A stretch of DNA of 25,277 nucleotides from assembly GCA_964499175.1 (NCBI GenBank), contig CAZCIQ010000005.1:12331-37607 (forward strand). Reading direction: 5' to 3'. Shown in pieces: positions 8,849 through 16,164 of this stretch. The notes under the pieces were generated by a model. It was not told the DNA's origin and ran no database searches. It saw only the letters and a program-made list of their open reading frames with translations. Made by a program: the position numbers and the translations under genes. The stretch comes from an uncultured Candidatus Saccharibacteria bacterium (GTDB lineage: Bacteria; Patescibacteriota; Minisyncoccia; CAZCIQ01). The first letter of the stretch is position 1. Every line of letters begins with the position of its first letter.

Positions 8849-10132
8849 TTATTCTTTGTCTTTGAAGCTTTTTATCGCTTCTTGAATGATTTTAACAATA
8901 CCAGCCGTGCCGTCAAACACGGTCAAGTTATCTATATTTTTAAATGCCTCCGTTATCATTTTTTCTGTTAAATCATACTTTACAGCTTCTTCTCCTTTGC
9001 TTATACCCAAAGCCTCTATTCTCGCCTTTTGCCGCAATTCTACTTCTTTTGCATCAATAGCAGCTTGAGTAAAGCCTTCTTTTTCTTGAGCAACTGCCAA
9101 TTTTATTCTTTGCTCTTTTTGAGCCTCAGCATCAATTAAGGTTTTTTCAGCTTGAGCTTCAGCGTTTACAATAGTTTTCACTTTATTGTAAACTGCCGCG
9201 GCGGCATCTTTCATCTCTTGCTTAATTAATACTATCGGGTCCAAATCAATAATTCTTGGATCCCCGACTCCTTCAATACCCCAATCAACAAAAAGAGGGG
9301 TTAAATCATTAATAATTTCTATAGGCAATTCTTTTTTGCCATTTTCCAAAATTGGCTCCATTTCATGACTGCCGCAATATTTTCTAACGGCGGCAATCAT
9401 AAATCCTTTTATAGTGACTCCGTCTTCAACAATTATTTTATTTATAAGATACTTTAACGGATCAACAACCCTCCAAACCAGTTCCATTTTAATAACAATG
9501 TATTTTCTGTCTTTTGTATAAATGTCTAGTGTTGGCCCCTCTTCGTCTTCAGCAGAGCCCACAAGCTCTTTTCTAGACTCTAATGAAAAACGAACCATTT
9601 TATCTATAAAACCATACATCAACATTGGCCCTCTTTTAACTATTCTTATGGGCTTGCCCAAACGAACAAGCACCGCGATTTCCGTTTCACCAACCTTACT
9701 TACGAAAAAAACCCAAAACCAAAAAATCGGGCTTATGAGAAGCGTAAGAGCGCTGTAAGGCCGCGCCTGCGGAACATAAACGATAAACAAAATCGGCGGG
9801 ACAAAACTAAAGGCGCCATATAACAATAAAACAAACGCGCGCGCGATCCACAATATCAGCTTTTGAGAATTATCATCCGAGTCCGGCGAGGTTAAATCAG
9901 GCGGTTCCAAATCAGGCGGTTCCAAATCTGAAATTTCAGGTTCATCCATTTTTCTTCTCCTTTTTGTTAAAATTCTTTTCAATAAGCCGTAAAAGAATTT
10001 TAAAACATCATAAAATGTTTTAAAAAGAAATAACAAAACTACAAGCATCATCTTCACCACAAAACTCAGAACGCTGTAAATTCCATAAGGCAACTTTTTC
10101 AAAAGCCGCGCCACCCAAAGTAAAACATTCAT
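8849..10132 (-). CDS. SPFH / band-7 (stomatin/prohibitin/flotillin-like) membrane protein, 427 aa. N-terminal TM helices, an acidic proline-rich linker, an SPFH domain and a C-terminal coiled-coil.
   Basis: SPFH-like core GETEIAVLVRLGKPIRIVKRGPMLMYGFIDKMVRFSLESRKE...IVIKMELVWRVVDPLKYL. Hydrophobic N-terminal segments. Ala/Glu/Lys-rich C-terminal coiled-coil. Perfect SD AAGGAGG lies 6 nt upstream of the ATG (minus strand). Confidence 0.65.
   Translation of the reverse strand: MNVLLWVARLLKKLPYGIYSVLSFVVKMMLVVLLFLFKTFYDVLKFFYGLLKRILTKRRRKMDEPEISDLEPPDLEPPDLTSPDSDDNSQKLILWIARAFVLLLYGAFSFVPPILFIVYVPQARPYSALTLLISPIFWFWVFFVSKVGETEIAVLVRLGKPIRIVKRGPMLMYGFIDKMVRFSLESRKELVGSAEDEEGPTLDIYTKDRKYIVIKMELVWRVVDPLKYLINKIIVEDGVTIKGFMIAAVRKYCGSHEMEPILENGKKELPIEIINDLTPLFVDWGIEGVGDPRIIDLDPIVLIKQEMKDAAAAVYNKVKTIVNAEAQAEKTLIDAEAQKEQRIKLAVAQEKEGFTQAAIDAKEVELRQKARIEALGISKGEEAVKYDLTEKMITEAFKNIDNLTVFDGTAGIVKIIQEAIKSFKDKE
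9895..9924 (-). repeat. Perfect 15-bp tandem duplication (aaatcaggcggttcc x2), in frame within the SPFH gene. It encodes the EPPDL-EPPDL repeat of the acidic linker.
   Basis: Read directly from sequence. The protein shows SDLEPPDLEPPDLTSPD. Confidence 0.6.
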
Positions 10133-10149
10133 CTATTCCTCCTTTTCTT

Positions 10150-10429
10150 TCCTTTCTTTATTATTAGGATTTTTCTTAAACTACAGGAGTCCGACTCCCG
10201 CAGTTTATCCAAAGTTATCAAAAAACTATTGCTTATATTTCTATACCATAAATAATATTAAAAAGCAATAGTTGACCCCGTTAGAAATATCCAATTACAG
10301 GTTTTGTCAAAAGCATATTTTAAAAAAATTCAATAGCGAGATTTCTAACGGGGTTGACCCAAAATTATTTATTTGTTATTTTGTTATTAGAAGCTGAACA
10401 AAAAATCTTACGCATAAGGAGTTTAAAAA
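10150..10429. promoter_or_regulatory. Divergent promoter region with nested inverted repeats. These are ctattgctt / aagcaatag (10216-10224 / 10253-10261) and ccccgttagaaat / atttctaacgggg (10267-10279 / 10331-10343, 13 bp perfect). Both repeat units are flanked by gTTGACC. A ggagtc-c-gactcc palindrome sits at 10187-10199.
   Basis: Read directly. Lies between the divergently transcribed SPFH gene (minus) and the TM coiled-coil gene (plus). TTGACC at 10344-10349 and tgtcaa at 10293-10298 (TTGACA on minus) are -35-like. Confidence 0.4.
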
Positions 10430-11110
10430 ATGTTGTTTAAAAAATTGTTGTTGGGACTCGCGATTTTTATTTATATTGGAGCAGTGTTGTTAATTTTTGA
10501 TTCATTAAACAAAAAAAATCCAAACGCCGCAGAAAAAACAGAAAAACAAAAAATTACAGCGAAAAAAAATGGTAAAGAACACTCTAAGACAAAAATAAAT
10601 CCAATAGATCTAAAAATAAACAAACTTTTTAGAAAAATCAACAATCGGCTTTCAAGATTGGAAAGAAGCGATAAAAACAAAAAGGAAGATATAAAAAGAA
10701 TAAAACAGTCTTTAGAAGAAATTAAAAATTTTACTTATAATCTAAGCGCTGTAATGGAAGACTTGAATAAGAAAATCAAAGACGACGAAAGCAAGATAGA
10801 AGCCGCGCAAAGAACGGCGGATGACGCTCTTGAAACCATAGAAAATATAATATCAGATTTAGAGACGCTTAATTCACGAATGGAAGAAAATAGAAAAACA
10901 ACCGAAGAAATAAAAAAAAATTCGGACGCAACAACAAAACTGGCTTTAAAAGCCGAAACAACATCTAAAAATGCTGAACTGGTAGCCGAGCAAGCGAAAT
11001 CCTTATCAAGGAAATCAATGGAATCGCTGCGCCAGCACGCCGGCAAAACGTTCTTTGGACATATTCATGACGAAAAAATCATGAAAGACACCAACAATAA
11101 TTTAAAATAA
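10430..11110 (+). CDS. Membrane-anchored coiled-coil protein, 226 aa. One N-terminal TM helix, then a long K/E-rich alpha-helical region.
   Basis: N-terminus LLLGLAIFIYIGAVLLIFD. Remainder has heptad-like charged repeats. SD aaggag lies 9 nt upstream. Followed by a canonical terminator. Confidence 0.5.
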   Translation: MLFKKLLLGLAIFIYIGAVLLIFDSLNKKNPNAAEKTEKQKITAKKNGKEHSKTKINPIDLKINKLFRKINNRLSRLERSDKNKKEDIKRIKQSLEEIKNFTYNLSAVMEDLNKKIKDDESKIEAAQRTADDALETIENIISDLETLNSRMEENRKTTEEIKKNSDATTKLALKAETTSKNAELVAEQAKSLSRKSMESLRQHAGKTFFGHIHDEKIMKDTNNNLK

Positions 11111-11737
11111 ATCTGCTAGCCCCGAGTACTCGGGGCTTTTTTGTTTTAAAAATTCAATCTTTTTATTTATTTCTGAAAAAATCGGCGCGTTTTTCGCTAA
11201 AACATTTATTTTCTCAAGCCTCTTTTTTAAAACAATAAGCGTTTCCTTATATTGTCCGCGGAAAGCGTTTGTAAGTTTCATTATCTCATTTTCCCAATGA
11301 GAATTATTAAAAGAATTGATAAAAGTAGCGAGAAACTCTTCTTCATCTTCTTCGCTGTGGCCGCCATAAGTATGCAGAAATTTCCTTTCGTCTAAATATT
11401 CAAAAAGATATTTGAATGCCAAGAATTTAAAAGTGTTTTTTTCATCTGAAACTTCAATCGGCGTCCATTTATTTTTCAAATCAAGAAAATTAGTTTTAAA
11501 TTCACCTTGGCTTATTTTGTATTCATAATCAAATAAATGCATTGACTCGTGAAACGCGGTTTCAAATAAATCAAACGAAAGATCCTTTTCGCTATCTTTA
11601 AGCTTTGCGTAATGAAAAGCAACGGCGCTTCTGTCTTTTTTGTTAAAAAAGGCGTTATTGGTTGTTGAATCAACCACATATAACTGCTTTGTTTTTTCTC
11701 CCTTTTTAAATCCGAATAGATTTTCCGCTTTTTGCAT
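11102..11737 (-). CDS. Putative zinc metallopeptidase-like protein with an HExxH motif (FHESMHLF), 211 aa.
   Basis: HESMH motif plus downstream acidic/His residues (HTYGGHSEEDEEE). No other family signature recognised. Last gene of a three-gene minus-strand operon. Confidence 0.4.
   Translation of the reverse strand: MQKAENLFGFKKGEKTKQLYVVDSTTNNAFFNKKDRSAVAFHYAKLKDSEKDLSFDLFETAFHESMHLFDYEYKISQGEFKTNFLDLKNKWTPIEVSDEKNTFKFLAFKYLFEYLDERKFLHTYGGHSEEDEEEFLATFINSFNNSHWENEIMKLTNAFRGQYKETLIVLKKRLEKINVLAKNAPIFSEINKKIEFLKQKSPEYSGLADLF
11113..11147 (+). terminator. Rho-independent terminator gccccgagtactcggggc + ttttttgtttt. It is embedded in the 3' coding end of the convergent minus-strand gene.
   Basis: Perfect 7-bp GC stem with a 4-nt loop, followed by a T-run. 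The same bases encode ...SPEYSGL... of the 211-aa minus-strand ORF. Confidence 0.7.
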
Positions 11738-11767
11738 TCCACGCTCTATATGAGGAAAAAGACGGCT

Positions 11768-13231
11768 TCACTTTTTTTTTTCATTATGATTCAAATTTCC
11801 GTAAACTCCGTATTCATTATTGCTTCCCAAAAAAAATATCGGCTTCTCTTCTCTGGCAAAGAACAAATCTTTTAGTTCACCGGCTCCCAAAAACTCCGTT
11901 TCAATATTAAGCGGCTCCACAAACTCTTTAGAATCTTTATTCTTCTTAAACTTAATTGGAGGCCAAATCGTAATAGTTTTATCTATTTTACTTTTATCAT
12001 AATTATTTTGCGCGATATATTTTGTTATGTAATTTCCAAATTTATCAAAACGCGACGAGAAGCTCGGCTTTTCGGAAGAGGAAAGCGAATACTTTTCAAA
12101 TTTAATTTCTTCTATTTGACCGTTTATATTTAAAGGATATTCAATTTTTTTAAAATCTTCGCTGTTTAAAGTTAAATCTATTTCTTCTTCCGCGGGGCGG
12201 CCTTCAAAAGCCAATTTTACGCTAACCGCGTCAAAATTATTTGAAAGATTAATAATCGCTTCTTTTTGTTCTTCATTTAATTTCTTTGTTTTAATTGCCC
12301 TAATAAATACATCGGATTCATTTAAAGTCTTGGGATTTATTTCATCCAAAGAATGTTGAAGGTTTTCCATTTTTTCAAACCCTTCTTTTAAAATTATTTT
12401 TATTTCTTGAACGGCTTGATCAAGTTTATCCGTTTTTACCGCCTTATAATAAAGAAATGGGTTTTGTAAATCCAGCCAGTTTTTTAATATTATTAAAAAA
12501 TCGTTGTTTATATTTTTAATTTCCAGAGAAAACGGCGATATTTTAATATTTTTTTCCAATGGCATTATTTCCGCGGAAAAATAACGCTTAGAATCCATGT
12601 CAAGATAATCAAGAACATCTTCGGATATTATGCTATTTACTATAAGTTCTTTTCCCCCTAAAATACTTTTAGACAATTTATTAAAAATTTCCTCTTCTGT
12701 TTCTTCATTTTGAAATTCAATATTAGCGCTTATACCACTCTCAATTTCAAATTTATGTCCAAGCGCTTTATATAAAGCTATATTATTTTTTAATTTAAGA
12801 TTATCTTCTTTGGCTTTAAGTTCCAATGTAAAATATAATTTTTCCTCAAACGAGCTTCTGCCTATTTTTTCAACCATTATAGGCCTTGCTCTCGCTTGAG
12901 GCAAAGAACTGCTTACCAAAGCATTGCTTAATCTGCAAAAATATAAAAGCCCCGCTAAAACTAACGCCTTATTTACCATTCTTTCGTTTATTTTTCTGCC
13001 TATCTTTGTCAAAAATCCTTCAGAATCTTTGCGAAGCCCGCTTTCTTTAACTTCCCACATTTTTAACAATTCTTCCTCGGTGGTTTTGTCTTCAATTATA
13101 GCATCGGAAATGCCCTCTTCAGATTGTTCTTCATTTCCACCCCCTTTTTCCAAAAATTCTGATTCGTCTTTTTCTTCAAGATTTTCCTTAAACTTTAAAC
13201 CCGCCTTGTCGGCGGACAAATTATTTTTCAT
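11768..13231 (-). CDS. Hypothetical 487-aa protein with an acidic N-terminal region. No recognisable domain.
   Basis: Long uninterrupted ORF. Overlaps the upstream 85-aa ORF by 11 bp and lies 30 bp upstream of the HExxH gene, giving an operon arrangement. Confidence 0.45.
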   Translation of the reverse strand: MKNNLSADKAGLKFKENLEEKDESEFLEKGGGNEEQSEEGISDAIIEDKTTEEELLKMWEVKESGLRKDSEGFLTKIGRKINERMVNKALVLAGLLYFCRLSNALVSSSLPQARARPIMVEKIGRSSFEEKLYFTLELKAKEDNLKLKNNIALYKALGHKFEIESGISANIEFQNEETEEEIFNKLSKSILGGKELIVNSIISEDVLDYLDMDSKRYFSAEIMPLEKNIKISPFSLEIKNINNDFLIILKNWLDLQNPFLYYKAVKTDKLDQAVQEIKIILKEGFEKMENLQHSLDEINPKTLNESDVFIRAIKTKKLNEEQKEAIINLSNNFDAVSVKLAFEGRPAEEEIDLTLNSEDFKKIEYPLNINGQIEEIKFEKYSLSSSEKPSFSSRFDKFGNYITKYIAQNNYDKSKIDKTITIWPPIKFKKNKDSKEFVEPLNIETEFLGAGELKDLFFAREEKPIFFLGSNNEYGVYGNLNHNEKKK

Positions 13232-13478
13232 AGCTTTCTTTTATTAACTCCGCTAAAATTTTATTTACTTGTTCTTTTTCGTATTCATAAACATCCAAAA
13301 CCGCGCGTTTGTCTTTTTTCTTTAGCGCTTCAATTTTTTTATAAAAAAGCTTTTCCAAATAAGAAAAAGTTTCGGGATTTTTGCTGAAAAATTCGCTTAA
13401 AACAAACTTTTCCCGCAACGGCAGTTTAGAAAAAGCTCCTAAAAAGAGATTGCTTTGTGTTTGTTTGGTTTTTAACAT
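13221..13478 (-). CDS. Small hypothetical protein (85 aa). First gene of the minus-strand operon.
   Basis: ORF translationally overlapped with the 487-aa ORF. Charged and helical in character. Confidence 0.3.
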   Translation of the reverse strand: MLKTKQTQSNLFLGAFSKLPLREKFVLSEFFSKNPETFSYLEKLFYKKIEALKKKDKRAVLDVYEYEKEQVNKILAELIKESYEK

Positions 13479-13560
13479 AATTCAAAATTGCTTATTACTA
13501 TTTTAAATATAACAAAGAAAATAGCCGATACGCAAATTAAGCTGGTGCTTTGAATTTCCG

Positions 13561-13592
13561 TTGTAAAGATATTCGCCTTTTGGTATTATTAA
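13561..13592 (+). promoter_or_regulatory. Candidate sigma70-type promoter for the VirB4 C-fragment. -35 TTGTAA (13561-13566), 17-bp spacer, extended -10 TGgTATTAT (13581-13589). The -10 ends ~8 nt before the ATG at 13598, so the transcript may be leaderless or nearly so.
   Basis: Motif spacing read directly. No SD upstream of the ATG. Confidence 0.3.
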
Positions 13593-13597
13593 ATAAA

Positions 13598-15403
13598 ATG
13601 TCTTTATTTCAAAAAACAAAAATTGAAAAAAACGAAGATGACAAAATAATACCGGTATTTCCCGAGGAAATTTATAAAGAAGCCGTTTTGGAATTGCAGG
13701 ATATAATCGCTCCCTCGGCTCTTGAAATAAGTTCAAATCACATAAGACTCGGTGAAAAATATTGCAGAACGATATTTATATTTTCTTATCCGCGGTTTGT
13801 TTCAACCGGCTGGCTTTCGCCAATTATAAACCTTGATAAAATTTTTGACATATCAATATTCATTCATCCCATAAGCACCTCTTCCATATTAAGAAAGCTG
13901 CAAAACAAAACCGCCGCGGTGCAGGCGCAAATAAGCGAAAGGGAAGACAAAGGATTCGTCCGCGATCCAATGCTTGACACCGCCTATCAAGACTTGGAAG
14001 ACTTAAGAGATAAACTAATGCAGGCAACGGAAAAAATATTTGACGTAGGGCTTTACATTACGGTCTACGCCGATTCGCTGGAAGACTTAAATAAAGCCGA
14101 AACAGAAATAAGATCAATACTTGAAGCGCGTCTTGTCTACGCCAAACCGGCTCTTTTTGAACAAAAAGAAGGGCTTGAGAGCGTGTTTCCTCTTTCAACC
14201 GATTCGCTTGGCATAAGTTCAAAACTTAACACCGCTCCTCTTTCAAGCATTTTTCCTTTTGTGTCTTTTGACTTAACTTCTAATAAAGGGATTCTCTACG
14301 GCATAAACCGCCACAACAGCAGTTTAATTTTGTTTGACAGATATTCAATGGAAAATTACAATTCCGTTGTTTTTGCCAAAGCCGGCGCCGGAAAAAGTTA
14401 TTTCAGCAAACTGGAAATATTGCGCTCATTAATGATTGGCGCCGAAGTGATAGTCATAGACCCTGAAAGAGAATACGAACACTTGGCGGAAACTGTCGGC
14501 GGAAGTTTTTTTAAAATATCCCTGACTTCGGAGCACCACATAAATCCTTTTGACTTGCCGCCTCCAAGAGAAGACGAATCGCCATCGGATATTTTACGAA
14601 GCAACATCATAAACTTAATCGGCATCTTAAGAATTATGCTGGGAAGCATCACTCCCGAGGAAGACTCCATACTTGATAAAGCGATAACGGAAACTTACGC
14701 CTCGCGCGACATAACTCCTGACGCCGATTTTTCAAACAGGCCCGTACCGATTTTATCGGATTTGGAAATGATTCTGGCAGGAATGGCGGGCGGAGAAGAT
14801 TTAGCTCAGCGCCTTAAAAAATTTACGACAGGCACGTGGGCCGGATTTATAAACCAGCCGACAAATGTTGAAATAAATAAAAAATTAACCGTTTTTTCAA
14901 TAAGAGATATGGAAGACGAATTACGTCCTGTCGCTATGTATCTCATAATACACCACATCTGGAATGAAGTGCGGAGAGAAATTAAAAAAAGACTTTTGGT
15001 GGTGGACGAGGCTTGGTGGATGATGAAATCAGAGGACGGAGCTTCGTTTCTTTACGGCTTGGCGAAAAGAGCGAGAAAATATTTTTTAGGGCTTTCCACG
15101 ATTACCCAAGATGTCGGCGACTTTTTAAGTTCGCCCTACGGCAAACCTATAATAACAAACTCCTCAATACAAATCCTTCTAAAGCAGTCTCCCGCCACGA
15201 TAGAAACTCTTAAAGAAGTTTTTAATTTGACGGACGAAGAAAAATTCATACTTTTGGAATCTGATGTGGGAGAAGGAATATTTTTTGCCGGGCTAAAACA
15301 CGCGGCAATAAAAGTAGTGGCGTCTTACACCGAAGACCAAATTATCACAACCGATCCGGCTCAACTTTTAGAGATTAAAAAAGCGAGAGAGGAGTTGAGT
15401 TAA
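13598..15403 (+). CDS. virB4: VirB4/TrbE/CagE-family T4SS ATPase, C-terminal ~600 aa (CagE_TrbE_VirB region plus AAA ATPase). The probable start is ATG 13598. The ORF track's TTG start at 13550 lies upstream of the putative promoter.
   Basis: IAPSALEISSNHIRLGEKYCRTIFIFSYPRFVSTGWLSPIINLD...DISIFIHPI is the conserved VirB4 middle region. Walker A is VVFAKAGAGKSYFSK and Walker B is RLLVVDEAWWMM. It lacks the ~200-aa N-terminal region that is encoded at 8108-8716. Confidence 0.8.
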   Translation: MSLFQKTKIEKNEDDKIIPVFPEEIYKEAVLELQDIIAPSALEISSNHIRLGEKYCRTIFIFSYPRFVSTGWLSPIINLDKIFDISIFIHPISTSSILRKLQNKTAAVQAQISEREDKGFVRDPMLDTAYQDLEDLRDKLMQATEKIFDVGLYITVYADSLEDLNKAETEIRSILEARLVYAKPALFEQKEGLESVFPLSTDSLGISSKLNTAPLSSIFPFVSFDLTSNKGILYGINRHNSSLILFDRYSMENYNSVVFAKAGAGKSYFSKLEILRSLMIGAEVIVIDPEREYEHLAETVGGSFFKISLTSEHHINPFDLPPPREDESPSDILRSNIINLIGILRIMLGSITPEEDSILDKAITETYASRDITPDADFSNRPVPILSDLEMILAGMAGGEDLAQRLKKFTTGTWAGFINQPTNVEINKKLTVFSIRDMEDELRPVAMYLIIHHIWNEVRREIKKRLLVVDEAWWMMKSEDGASFLYGLAKRARKYFLGLSTITQDVGDFLSSPYGKPIITNSSIQILLKQSPATIETLKEVFNLTDEEKFILLESDVGEGIFFAGLKHAAIKVVASYTEDQIITTDPAQLLEIKKAREELS

Positions 15404-15425
15404 GTTAATTAAAACATTAATTTCT

Positions 15426-15968
15426 ATGCAACAAATAGAAGAACAAAGACTGGCAAGATTAAATGAAAATTTAAACGCGAAAAAAACAAACGACAACAAG
15501 CAATACAACCGATTTCACGAAGAATTTGAAAAAGACGAAGACTATAGAGATACGGAAATTTCACCTGAAGAATTTAAAGAAATAAGGGCCCAAACACCGG
15601 AAATACCTCATTTTCCTTTACTGATTTTTACGATCGCCATGCTTAAAGATTTTATTGATATTATGGTTGTTTTTATAACAGTAACAACAGCGGGAATGGG
15701 ACTTGTATTAACGGTTATAGTCTGGATTATAACCGCGATTATGGCGGCGGTGATATGGCTTTGGATATTTAATAAATCAACATTCATAAGAAAATGGATT
15801 ATAAAAAAAGCCGCAAGAAGAATTGCCTTGTTTTTCTTAATAAAAATAACTCCTCTTTTATATGTGGCGCCAACCGCTTCTTTAACCGTATATCTTGTTT
15901 ATAAAAGCGAGTCGGGTTTTATTGGAAAAATAATTGACGCTGTGGAAAAAGTGGAAAAAATTGTTTAA
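15426..15968 (+). CDS. Small polytopic membrane protein, 180 aa with 3-4 TM helices. A T4SS-associated hypothetical.
   Basis: Hydrophobic blocks LLIFTIAML, VVFITVTTAGMGLVLTVIVWIITAIMAAVIWLWIF and ALFFLIKITPLLYVAPTASLTVYLV. Lies immediately downstream of VirB4. Confidence 0.45.
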   Translation: MQQIEEQRLARLNENLNAKKTNDNKQYNRFHEEFEKDEDYRDTEISPEEFKEIRAQTPEIPHFPLLIFTIAMLKDFIDIMVVFITVTTAGMGLVLTVIVWIITAIMAAVIWLWIFNKSTFIRKWIIKKAARRIALFFLIKITPLLYVAPTASLTVYLVYKSESGFIGKIIDAVEKVEKIV

Positions 15969-15991
15969 CAGCCAAAAAATATGGTATAATA
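15961..15991 (+). promoter_or_regulatory. Promoter with a perfect extended -10 TGgTATAAT (15982-15990) and a weak -35 TTGTTT (15961-15966).
   Basis: Read directly. Overlaps the stop of the upstream ORF. Confidence 0.4.
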
Positions 15992-15999
15992 AAATCATT

Positions 16000-16135
16000 G
16001 AAGAACGTTAAAATTTAATTTGGGAAATTGTGTTGTAAAATTGAAATCCTGCAATAAGTGGAGAAAGTCTTGAGAAAATGCGGAAATTTACGCCAGGTCC
16101 TTTGGGATTTAATTTTACAACACAATTTCCCTTTT
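16000..16135 (+). ncRNA. Candidate small structured RNA or 5' leader. A near-perfect 27-bp inverted repeat (gggaaattgtgttgtaaaattgaaatcc / ggatttaattttacaacacaatttccc, 16021-16048 / 16101-16127) encloses a ~52-nt loop. It is followed by ttttaaaa.
   Basis: Long inverted repeat read directly. An extended -10 promoter lies ~10 nt upstream. The ORF at 16165 starts ~30 nt after the structure. Confidence 0.3.
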
Positions 16136-16164
16136 AAAACCTATAGCTTTAAAGATGTTTTTCA

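Noticed and set aside
11512-11742. 76-aa minus-strand ORF in an alternate frame within the HExxH gene
   Set aside because: Fully nested in the longer 211-aa ORF on the same strand, with no independent support.
8717-13597. Whether the VirB4 interruption is a group II intron, an intein or an IS element
   Set aside because: No reverse transcriptase/maturase, homing endonuclease, transposase or integrase-like ORF is present. No terminal inverted repeats or target-site duplication were seen at the junctions. The intervening genes are on the opposite strand with their own promoters and terminators, and the N-fragment ends with a genuine stop codon. The origin of the insertion remains open.
13503-13736. 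77-aa minus-strand ORF across the virB4-C promoter and start
   Set aside because: Overlaps the strongly supported VirB4 C-fragment and its putative promoter. Atypical composition, likely spurious.
16000-16135. 6S RNA or a known riboswitch as the identity of the long hairpin
   Set aside because: 6S RNAs have an imperfect stem with a central bubble rather than a 27-bp perfect helix with a 52-nt terminal loop. No recognisable riboswitch consensus (SAM, c-di-GMP, fluoride, preQ1 and others) was seen in the loop. Kept only as a generic sRNA/leader candidate.
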